Shown piece by piece: positions 39,427 to 50,870 of a stretch of DNA of 64,000 nucleotides. The notes under the pieces were generated by a model that worked only from the letters and a program-made list of their open reading frames with translations, was not told the DNA's origin and did not search any database. Origin of the DNA: Octopus sinensis (Eukaryota); assembly GCF_006345805.1 (NCBI RefSeq), contig NC_043021.1:23374001-23438000 (forward strand), given 5' to 3'. Within the stretch, counting starts at the first letter, position 1. Each line of letters starts with the position of its first letter. A program made the position numbers and the translations under genes.

Positions 39427-39427
39427 G

Positions 39428-39491
<64 letters not shown>

Positions 39492-39541
39492 ATATATATG
39501 TATTTATTTTTATGTTTTATATTTTATATGTTTATGTATTT

Positions 39542-39586
<45 letters not shown>

Positions 39587-40335
39587 ATATATGGATTTGG
39601 ATTTTTCCAGTTTCAGCTTATGAGCTGTGGCCATGCTGGGGCACCGCCATTTGATATGTATTTATTTTTATATGTTTTATATTTTATATGTTTATGTATT
39701 TTATGTATATATATATATATTTCCTGGTTGACCAAAAGTTACCTGACAGTAATTGAAAATTGAAAAATTCCATAAACGCTATCTTTAATTATGTGTCGCT
39801 CAAGAAGGATTCCAATTTTAACTATAATCATGACGTTTCATATTTTATTAAATTCGTTCAGTTGTTAAACAAATAGATCTTGGAATTATAAATGAATATG
39901 ATTTACTGTCAGGTGACTTTAATCAACCCTGCACATATATATTTGACAATTTTTATGTTTTCTGTTTGCCATGAACAAGTTAATGTAGCAGTGAACAGTC
40001 AACGGCGTTGGTGAGCATGTTGAGAAAAAGTTTACTGATATGGAGACTATTTGTTCCCTTTTTATTATTCCTTTAACCATTCTCTTCCTACTATCTAACT
40101 TTGACGTCAATTCTACTAACGGTTTTTTTTTTAAACATTTATTAACGTTTTTGTTTATCATGTAGGCAGTCATCGTAATTATTATATTGTTATGTTGTTG
40201 AGAGAGGCTCCCTGATGTGAAGATTGCATCTTACACCGTTTATTCCTTTGGAATAAAACCATGTTGTCTTCGAAACATATGTCGAAAGTAATGGAATTTT
40301 ATTAACATCTTCGTTCAACTCCATTTATTTATTTA

Positions 40336-40397
<62 letters not shown>

Positions 40398-40689
40398 ATA
40401 TTATATATATATATACATATATGTATGTATGTATATATACATTTACACACACTATAATACATCGAATGGTTTATAGGTGGTAGCTTACGAGTTAAGCATG
40501 GTCATTTTTTACAGTCTTCGTTTCGTATGTGATAAATGAAAGACGGTAGATGGAACTTACGAGAATTTTTTATTATTAGTCACGTGTTCGTTTCTTTCTT
40601 TGAATCTGTGATTATGTTTTTGATTTTCTATGTAAATGAAGTTTTTTTTCCCTTCATTTTGCTGCTTTTCTTTCTACGAAATAAGAAGA

Positions 40690-40990
40690 TACATTGCGGA
40701 ACTGTTATTATAAAGAGTTGTATCTATTTATTACCCGATGAGATACGTCTGCCAGATGCTCCTGAACCAGTTATTAAGTGTCCCACCCGTGTCTCGCTTG
40801 CCCACGGAAGACCAAAAGTAGTCACAACTGAATGCGTTTCGTGAACTGAAGTTGATACGGACCTTTTTTTTCTAACGTTACCATTGGTGACGAAAGAAGG
40901 TGCTACGAAATTTGAAGTCGGTGCCCAACTGACTCTACTATACTGTGTAGCCGACAAAATCAAAAGCAATCAAAGCGCCTGCGTGAAATT
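40690..40990 (+). mobile_element. Mariner fragment (first catalytic Asp region)
   Basis: DLFFSNVTIGDERRCYE resembles the mariner IVTGDExWxY motif. Confidence 0.45.
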
Positions 40991-41032
40991 AAAAATATAA
41001 AATGGCAACAATTTACCCATCGCACCATGTAT

Positions 41033-41100
<68 letters not shown>

Positions 41101-41119
41101 CTATCTATCTATCTATCTA

Positions 41120-41176
<57 letters not shown>

Positions 41177-41687
41177 CAAATGAAATAAATGAAAAACAGG
41201 ACAGAAAAGATGTTGTGATACATATGTTTCGAGCTTTATAGAACACCTTATTCTAACATCAATGCATAATAGACATAACAGATAGTTCAAAAGCCCTCTT
41301 CAGCCGCATGCAATTGCTACACCAAAGACTTGTATCACATTGTGAAAGGTTTGAAAAAAACATTTGGTATTGTTTATAATGGTAGGTAAACCGAGTATCA
41401 CTGGGAAAGTATGTTTGTAAATCTTCATAGTCGTACATGGTATTATTAGACTCCAAAACAAATCGTCTATACCGATTTCTAACTCAATATAGAATGAATA
41501 CTGGGTAGGTTCCTTCATGTAAGGGAAGGAATTGGATGTTGAGAGAAAGAGAAAAAGGAGAAAGGAGGGGAAGGGGAGGAGACGTTAATCAAGTTGGGAT
41601 CACAAAAAATATATATATATATAAATATAAATGTAATTATAAGGGATAATAAGATATAAAATATAACAAAAAGTAAAGATGTAAAAA

Positions 41688-41821
41688 TATAGGTATATAA
41701 AGATATAAAGAACGTCATGTATAGGGTCATAAATTCTAGAAATGTATTGTGAAAGTGTATTGTACCTTTCTAGAATTTATGACCCTATACCTGACGTTCT
41801 TTATATCTTTATATACCTATA
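41688..41821. repeat. Near-perfect inverted repeat: 55-bp arms, 24-nt spacer
   Basis: 41688-41742 is the reverse complement of 41767-41821 with one mismatch. Confidence 0.92.
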
Positions 41822-41984
41822 GTTTAATAAAATTCGTTAAAGACGGCAACTTGATACAAATATACATCCATCATTAACGGATTCACGTTAACTTCCGTTA
41901 CATTTTCAAAGAAGTAGTGGATTAACTATAAACAGAGTTAACTTTTCGAATACGGTGCCCACCTCTGCACACACATATATATAC

Positions 41985-42034
<50 letters not shown>

Positions 42035-42054
42035 TTGTGTTCGTGTGTGTGTAT

Positions 42055-42085
<31 letters not shown>

Positions 42086-42189
42086 AAATTTAAATAATAA
42101 GGGTAACGAATTGAATATTAGATTAATATCAATTTAAACCAGTGGCCTAGCATATTGAAAAAATTTGAAGATTCAGAAAAAATATATTA

Positions 42190-42830
42190 CATACATATAA
42201 GAGGGATGACCACTAAGTGGACATCAAATATGCTAGATGTAGACACCATAAGCTCTGACCGCTAAGAAAAGATTGTTCTCAGGAAAATTCAGCAAAAGCC
42301 AGAACGTAAGCGAGCAAGACAAATGAAAAGATACAAAATATAATGATTAGTCACATACCAGGTTTTATTGCTATCATTTACATACGTAAATGTCCGCAAT
42401 TCATCAGCGTGACCGCCATAGCAAATATAATTTGCTGAACCATAAACGAACATCTTCAATGCAGAAAGTTATTTTCTTCAGAGTTATTTCCGGTTTTTGG
42501 TGCGGCAAAGCGAAGACATTCGAAATACACCCCCAAATATAATTGGCAAAACTATATGCATCTTCTATCTCGTGTAGAAGTCTCATTTATGGTTCTGCAA
42601 ATTATATTTGCTATGACGGTCATTTACGTATGTAAATATGTAAATGTTAACAATGAAACCTGGTATGTGACTAATCATTATATTTTTATCTTTTCATTTG
42701 TCTTGCTCGCTGACGTTCTGGCGTTCGCCGAAATTTCTTGAGAACAATCTATTCTTAGTTGTCAGACCAAATGGGGTCTACATCTAGCATATTGGATGTC
42801 CACTTAGTAGTCATCCCTATTATATGTATG
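42190..42830. mobile_element. Foldback/MITE with ~250-bp terminal inverted repeats
   Basis: gggatgaccactaagtggacatc..aatatgctagatgtagac..gcgagcaagacaaatgaaaagata..gattagtcacataccagg mirrored at 42585-42830; TA-rich flanks. Confidence 0.85.
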
Positions 42831-42835
42831 TATAT

Positions 42836-42875
<40 letters not shown>

Positions 42876-42878
<3 letters not shown>

Positions 42879-43292
42879 CGCAGGAGTGGCTGTGTGGTAA
42901 GTATAGGCGAAGGAGTGGCTGTGTGGTAAGTAGCTTGCTAACCAACCACATGGTTCCGGGTTCAGTCCCACTGCGTGGCATCTTGGGCAAGTGTCTTCTG
43001 CTATAGCCCGGGGCCGACCAATGCCTTGTGAGTGGATTTGGTAGACGGAAACTGAAAGAAGCCTGTCGTATATATGTATATATATATGCGTGTGTGTGTG
43101 TCTATGTTTGTCCCCCTAGCATTGCATGACAACCGATGCTGGTGTATTTACGTCCCCGTCACTTAGCGGTTCGGCAAAAGAGACCGATAGAATAAGTACT
43201 GGGCTTACAAAGAATAAGTCCCGGGGTCGACCTGCTCGACTAAAGGCGATGCTCCACCATGGCCGCAGTCAAATGACTGAAACATGTAAAAG
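42876..43292 (+). mobile_element. Full-length tRNA-derived SINE (OK/OR-like) with duplicated 29-bp head
   Basis: ataggcg(c/a)aggagtggctgtgtggtaagt occurs twice; B box GGTTCAGTCCC; internal (TA)/(TG) tract; tail ggccgcagtcaaatgactgaaaca; flanked by (TA)n. Confidence 0.85.
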
Positions 43293-43298
43293 AGTAAA

Positions 43299-43324
<26 letters not shown>

Positions 43325-43348
<24 letters not shown>

Positions 43349-43520
43349 CGGAAGGTTTACGAAAATAAACAAAAGACGAAGGCAGGTGGAGTACAAACAA
43401 ACAATTGTATTAGTATGACGCTCAGGAATAGAAATAAAACAAGTCTGTTACGTTTCGAGCCTACGCTCTTCGACAGAAAGATACACAGAAAAGAAACAAG
43501 GAGAGAAAACAAATGCGTGC
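43325..43520 (-). mobile_element. Short Penelope-derived-type repeat with a hammerhead-like motif
   Basis: Reverse complement of 43445-43480: CTTT-CTGTCGA-A-GAGC-GTAG-GCTC-GAAA-CGTA-ACAG; same family as 9440-9590. Confidence 0.55.
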
Positions 43521-43545
43521 AGGAGCTAACGATTCAACGATTCAA

Positions 43546-43763
43546 TATATTTAATGTAGGATAAATGTTTTTCGAAAAAAGAATTTTATCAATGGCCGGC
43601 ATATTAAAAAATTATGTCCAATTTTCGGCATATTTGGCATTAGAAATTTTTCCGTTTGCTCTTATTTATAAGTTGTTTATAAGTTAACCTTTAAAGGTAT
43701 TTTTTAATATGCTGGCCATTGATTAAACTTTTTTTCGAAAAATTTTTTGCTGCATTAGATATA
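43546..43763. mobile_element. Small MITE, ~65-bp imperfect TIRs
   Basis: tatatttaatgtagg..tttttcgaaaaaag..atcaatggccggcatattaaaaaat mirrored at the right end; the internal block recurs at ~44090-44160. Confidence 0.7.
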
Positions 43764-44183
43764 AATTTAATAGTGTTCACTTCCGGACTCTCCCACTCTG
43801 TGAGTGCCTCACTTCAAATCGCACGTGTCTTGAATGGGCTGGAGTATTTCTATTTTGGATTTATTTGGGGTACTTAGTTGTGCTCATGACTTAGTGTTTA
43901 CTTTTTCCATGGCTATGAGTAAGTATCTCATTTACTTCTTTGCCACATGTATCACTGACGAAGGGAGGGTTCTTTTTTAACTAACCCTGAAATCGGTCCG
44001 ATATGGTAATAATGGAATTTTTTAAGAAATTTCTGTCGACCTTTTTCGAGTAGCGTGCGTACTGGGAAAAAGAAAATTATATGGTAAATGGACGATATGT
44101 CCAATTTTCAGCATATTTGGCATTAGAAATTTTTACGTTTGCCCTTATTTATAAGTTGTATATATATATTTGTATTTTTTTAC

Positions 44184-44224
<41 letters not shown>

Positions 44225-45020
44225 ATCGGCAAAAAAATGTTCAACTTCTTGCCTAGGGCGAGCCCATAGTAATATCATATCTTCTCCACGATTACGTGTT
44301 AAAAGTAATAGTGTTAATTACATGTTAAAAGTGAAACAAAAACATTTCTCTATTTTATGTCAGATACATTCACTTTAACAATAAAAATTAGAGATAATAA
44401 TAACAATTGAATTATATGTAGTAAGTAATAATTAAAATCAAACTAAAGTATAATATAAAATTAAATCGTAACATAATTAAAAGTAAAAATAGCAACTGGT
44501 ATAAAATTGCATCAATGACTTGAACTTGAATAAGTGGTTTCACATGAATGGGAATAAATCAAAAATAAAATTAAAGCGCAGAAATGGAATAGTCCAGATG
44601 GAGCTGAGCACATACCCAATGCCACGGCATTTACATTAGATTATCTGCTAATTAGCTAGCATTAAGTAACTATATGAAGTTTGGCTGTATGTAATGTCTG
44701 TTTTCCCGAACAGCCGCTTCTACTGAGTACTACTGTTGGTTTATTTCTGATCTATAAAGGAGTATAGCTTCAACTGAGTACTGCTTTTTGATTCACCGTA
44801 AGATTTGTTGTTATTATTATTACTGTTTAACTATTGTTACCACGTTTGTTGGTTCCTCGTAAGGGAAGCGTTGTTGTGTTACATTTGTTAAATAATTGTA
44901 ACCGTAACCCTCCCCCTTTGGGAGAAGGAGCTTTGGTTATTGTTTAAAACTTGAATTGTGTCCCTGTCTGGGGAAATTGACAATACTTTCACCGTTTATT
45001 CGGAAGCATTTTTATTAAAA

Positions 45021-45560
45021 TGTCTTCGATAGAAGAAAGTCCAAAAATGAATTTCGCTGCAGCCGTCGGCGGACGCGAACTCATTAATTTAAAAATGGAA
45101 GAAATACAAACCTATTACGGAATGATCACCGACAAAGACAGTGAATCTAGGATAACACCAGCAAACGAAATAAAAAATTAAATTAAAGAAAAGACTATTG
45201 TCTATAAAGTATACAATGCAGAGAAAATAGGATTTGAACACCTGGAGGAAAGCACCATCGAAAAGTGTCTTGGTGCGACTATGAAAGATATCAACTATCA
45301 AACAAGAGGCAATAAATTCGCCACAATAGAAGCAAGGTTCGAGTCAACGGAGCGTGCAAGGGAGTACTCGACTCGAACCTTGCAAAGTGGAAATATTTTA
45401 TTTTTAACCTTATACCTGGGACGTAGGACGTCCCCGATAAAAATTTAAAATGTCCCCCCAGAAGTAGAGGTAGGCTGGATTGTAGCCACACTTCTATACA
45501 AGAGGGAGGACAAGATACAATTGATCGAAATTACAAGAGATGGGCCTACAATTCCAGTCT
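45021..45560 (+). mobile_element. Isolated Tx1-like ORF1 fragment (third family)
   Basis: EKCLGATMKDINYQTRGNKFATIEARF..AREYSTRTL..YLGRRTSPIKI*NVPPEVEVGWIVA aligns by eye with E4 ORF1 EKCLKNIMKEKEYINWGPQFNTVVVRF..AKAHSTESL..NVPPDMPNKWITG; contains stops. Confidence 0.7.
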
Positions 45561-45730
45561 GTTATATATTTTGAGTATTGTTATCACTAGCGATATCAAG
45601 ATATAACTTTGTATTTTGTATTTTATGTGTAGATGTATATATATAGATGTACATATAATATGTACACATATATATACACAATTATACATGTACCAGCACT
45701 ATGACCCGGCAACGCAGGGTTATAATGCTA

Positions 45731-45797
<67 letters not shown>

Positions 45798-45922
45798 TAT
45801 ATACATATACATATACATATACGCATCTATAAATACATATATATATATATATATTCATATGTACATATATATAAAAGACTGAGTACATGAGAATATATGT
45901 ATATGTATATGTATGTATATAA

Positions 45923-45954
<32 letters not shown>

Positions 45955-45958
<4 letters not shown>

Positions 45959-46255
45959 TTTTATTTGTTGCATTCAGTTGAGCGCAGACATGCTGGAGAA
46001 CCGCCTTTAATCAAACAGAGCGACTGCCGAACTTATTCTTTGTAAGCCTAGTACGTATTCTATCGGTCTCTTTGTGGAACCGCTAAGTTACCCACCTACA
46101 TATACATATATATACATATATATATATACATATGTATATATACGACGGGTTTCTTTTAGTTTCCGTCTATCAAATACACTCACAAGGCTTTGCTCGGCCC
46201 GAGGTTATAGTAGAAGAAACTTGCACAAGGTGACCCGCAGTGGGACTGAACCCGG
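45955..46255 (-). mobile_element. tRNA-derived SINE (OK/OR-like)
   Basis: Reverse complement of the 42876 family (ccgcagtgggactgaacccgg; agtttccgtct; gaaccgctaagt). Confidence 0.75.
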
Positions 46256-46259
46256 TTCA

Positions 46260-46660
46260 CCTATCACGGACTCCTCAGTATAGCGCAGGTTTCTGTTTTA
46301 GATTTAAATTATTTGTGTCGTAAAATAAGCATTTTCACGCCTAAAAATTAATAAATTAATAAATGAAAATACTGTACAATACTGCACTGTATTAATTAAA
46401 CACTTTAATTAAAATATATTAAAAGAAAATCCGAAGTGTACCGTGGATGAGTAAACAAAGAATCGCACATATTTTATGGAAAATGAAACTCGGGATGCGA
46501 ATGTGTGGTGTTGTTTTGCATTTACAATAAAATAAATATCTACAAATTATAAAAATAATAATGATAAATATACGGTACAGTAACGTTTCTACTTCGCGGA
46601 TTCTCCGCTTTCGCGATGAGTTTGGAACGAAACACCTGAGATAGTCGAAGGATTACTGTA
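46260..46660. mobile_element. Possible pogo/Tigger-like MITE remnant
   Basis: Right end gatagtcgaaggattactgta (reverse complement TACAGTAATCCTTCGACTATC) resembles Tigger-type TIRs; left end unclear. Confidence 0.4.
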
Positions 46661-46885
46661 TAAACACATATCAGGTAGTAATATGCTTCAATGATAGCTA
46701 AGTATTAACAAGATGAAATTTTATGTACTTTTGTTAATTTGTATATTTATCTTCTACGTATTTTTCTCTGGAATTTTAATTCGTCTTTTTAATGTCATTT
46801 TATGTTTTATTACCCCAAATTTTTAATTTAACAAATTTATTCCAAACTAGCACTATCGCCCGGCGTTGCCGCGTCATAATGGTAG

Positions 46886-46931
<46 letters not shown>

Positions 46932-46937
46932 ATATAT

Positions 46938-46971
<34 letters not shown>

Positions 46972-47353
46972 GTTAATCCAAACATGAAAACACAAAGAGA
47001 AAACACAACAACGCGAGGACGTGGAACAAGTATAGTGTTATTGGACGCTATATATATATAGGTGTGTGTGTGTGTATGTCTTTTATGTTGTCGGTGCTTA
47101 TGACCGGTCAGAAAGATACCATTGGATTCGTGTCTATTATTTCTTATCAATATAGATGACACATCAGAAGTGCTGGTCGGAGGTACATAACTTTATTACT
47201 TGTAGAGCTAAGAATACTGTCTTGGTCAGTCAGTTGCGAAACAGATGTAACATAAATAATATATACATATAATAATATAATTTATTTTATAATAAATGAC
47301 ATCATATAATAAATAACACACACGCATATATATATACATATACATATATAATT

Positions 47354-47405
<52 letters not shown>

Positions 47406-47451
47406 TATATATATGTATGTATATATATATGTATTTAATATATATATATAT

Positions 47452-47521
<70 letters not shown>

Positions 47522-47718
47522 GCATATTACATCAATTAATACATTGTAATCTGAGAGCTTGGCCGAGAAGTACCGTTTTAAGTGTATAACTACGTAAACA
47601 TTCATCTATCTATCATACATACATACGTACATATATATATATATATATATGTAGGTCCCGGGTTGAGTCGGGGTTAACCACAGTAAATAAGGTACTCAAT
47701 ACATGGCAGAGTAAATTA

Positions 47719-47848
47719 ATTTATTTTATAGAAGGAGCTTCTACAGGACTAGAACTGTTTCATTCAAATGAAATCATCAGGAAGCTTCCTGATGATTTCA
47801 TTTGAATGAAACAGTTCTAGTCCTGTAGAAGCTGCTTCTATAAAATAA

Positions 47849-47850
<2 letters not shown>
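47719..47850. repeat. Spacer-less palindrome, 66-bp arms
   Basis: Symmetry centre GGAAG|CTTCC at 47784/47785; one mismatch over 66 bp. Confidence 0.95.
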
Positions 47851-47933
<83 letters not shown>

Positions 47934-48183
47934 CATATATATGTGTGTGTGTGTGTGTTTATTCTCTCACCTTTTATTTTCTCTCCTTTGTTCTCTCTGT
48001 TATTTCCTTGCGTTCTTTTCTGTTGAAGAACATATGCTCGAAACATAAAAGAGTTTCTGACTTTCCTGTGCGCCAAACTAAGACACTTGCTTGTTTCTAC
48101 ACCTATCTTCGTCTTTTGTTTTTCTGTAAATTTCAATTATATATATGCATATATTCATGTATATATATATCTGTGTGTGTGTG

Positions 48184-48224
<41 letters not shown>

Positions 48225-48333
48225 TCATATATATATATATATACTCATATATATATATATATACTCATATATATATATATATATATATATATGCTCATAT
48301 ATATATATATATACTCATATATATATATATATA

Positions 48334-48408
<75 letters not shown>

Positions 48409-48729
48409 GGTCATACTGCAATACACTAACCTGCTTGGGGTTTTTCCTCTGCTTCCCAATCGAGTTCAGTCCGAAAATAAAATCCTTGACAGGTTAATGC
48501 CCATTGCAGTAAAATAATTGAGAAAAGCTTCAACATACTTTGTATTTCTTTCTCTTGACTTAGATACAATGTCTTCTGTTGCTATCAACGTGATCTTCTC
48601 CCTTCAAGTTCCTTTCTCCAAGTCTATCGATGGTGTCAGCTGTCAGTGCTTTCGTTTAGCTCTCTTCCGCTACCATGCAGTCATATATAGATATGCGAGA
48701 GATTATACGAATATATATATACACATACC

Positions 48730-48780
<51 letters not shown>

Positions 48781-48816
48781 TAACATATGTATATACATAT
48801 ACATAAATATATGTAC

Positions 48817-48892
<76 letters not shown>

Positions 48893-49365
48893 TTACCTAT
48901 TTACCTATGGATGCGTGTGTATATATAAATATGTATATATGTATGCATGATACATATATGGATAGATAGATAGATAGATAGATACATAAATAGATAGATA
49001 AATGCATGCTTAAGCAGTTAAACACTCAAAGGTGGTACTTCTTGGCCAAGCTGTCAGACTATTATGTATTAATTGATGTAGTATACAATTAATATACGTA
49101 ACTCATGTTTCATGGAGGAAAAACGCGAAAAGAGTGAGAGGAAGACCCATCCATCAACTGTCTTCAATATTATTCAGCATTCACGCAGGGATATTCGCGA
49201 ACCTGTGTATTCATAGCATTGCTTTCCATCATTTGGTGTCATTAGATAAACTGTTGCATCAGGTGTATAGAAAAAATATATAAGTGCTGCATTTATTCAA
49301 TCACAATGCAATAATTTCAGTTCAAAACATTACTAACAAAAGTTATCTATTTTCTAGGGAAGTGG

Positions 49366-49420
<55 letters not shown>

Positions 49421-49421
49421 G

Positions 49422-49468
<47 letters not shown>

Positions 49469-49473
49469 GTAGG

Positions 49474-49507
<34 letters not shown>

Positions 49508-49508
<1 letters not shown>

Positions 49509-50480
49509 CTTTCTTTTATTAGCCACACAGGGCTGAATACAGAGGGGACAAATACAAATGCAGAGCTTTTCTTTTCGAGGGTGGAAAAAAATAAAAAATG
49601 TAAGATTGCGATCAAAAGGGATCGAGAGGAGGAAAAAAAGGAAAAAAAAAGAAAATCGTGTATCACAGAAATAATGGTGTAAACATTGATATAACAAGAG
49701 TGGGTTCATCCGTGGGAAGAAAAGCCTACAGAAAAGACCACGGGAACCCCAGTCAGGGAGGAAATAAACACATGAGGTCAAAAATGCTCTCTTTTTTTCT
49801 TTTTTACGATCTACAGGATCATGCTCAAAATGGTTTCGTTACTAGCACGCACCATCTTTGCAACATTCACCCATCTTTTTTTGAATCTTTCGCGAGACAA
49901 AACTTCCCTCTCCATTCTCACCTTCCTTTCAAGTGGTACTTGAAAAAGTTGATGAGCGATTGGCCAGAGAGGTAAGTGTTTGTCTCTAATCCTTTCGCTC
50001 GAGTCCACCACACACATTCTTTCACCATGGCCACCAGTACGATGAAAACTGCCTTGCCTTCCCGGTTGAGGGAAGGGGGCGGAGCAATTTTCACGATAGA
50101 CTCGGCCGATAGGCGGATTCGTCCCACACGTGACAGCAGCCGTTCGGCATAAGCCCACAGGTCGGAAATGGTTGGACATTGCACGAGTGCGTGCAGAACG
50201 GTTTCGTCGCTCTGACCGCATCTCGGGCAAGTCGGTCCAGTGTGTCTGGAACCGTGTCTGTAGAGCTTATCCCGAACAGGTAATGCTTCTCGATAGCACT
50301 GCCAGGCCAGGGATCTTTGGTGATTGTTCATAGGTCCCGGCCCGAAAGTTGTCCTGAACAGGCGGGTCAGGTGTTCCTCGTCGACGCCCAGACTCTGCCC
50401 GAGTTCGTCGTCGCACCTCCCCTCCACTAATCCTCTATAGAATGCCTTTGTTGTGATGGAGTCGCACAAGTTCGATCCCG
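49508..50480 (-). mobile_element. Tx1-like LINE copy E2 (5'-truncated 3' fragment)
   Basis: ORF2 C-terminus (CDSITTKAFY..CPRCGQSDETVLHALVQC) plus 3'UTR; (GATA)n at 49366-49507 and 50483-50581. Confidence 0.93.
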
Positions 50481-50509
50481 AAATAGATAGATAGATAGAT
50501 AGATAGATC

Positions 50510-50571
<62 letters not shown>

Positions 50572-50870
50572 GAGAGAGATAACTTACTTTTATTAGCCAC
50601 ACAGGGCTGAATACAGAGGGGACAAATACAAATGTAGAGCTTTTCTTTTCGAGGGTGGAAAAAAGGAAAATAAGTGTAAGATTGCGATCAAAAGAGCTCG
50701 AGAGGAGGCAAAAAACATCGTGTATCACAGAAACATTGATAGAAAACATCGATAAAACAAGATTGGGTTCATCCGTGGGAAGAAAAGCCTACAGAAAAGA
50801 CCACGGGAACCTCGGTCAGGAGGAAATAACCACATGAGAGCAAAATGCTCTCTCTCTTTCTTTTTACGAT

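Noticed and set aside
41033-41121. (TATC)n tract as another Tx1 junction
   Set aside because: Flanks show no Tx1 3' motif or ORF; appears to be an unoccupied microsatellite.
20222-43292. tRNA genes at A/B-box motifs
   Set aside because: Boxes are followed by SINE bodies and do not fold into complete cloverleaves.
17226-48969. Numerous YI/CV/HT/MYVC-repeat ORFs
   Set aside because: Translations of (TA)n, (CA)n and (TATG)n microsatellites.
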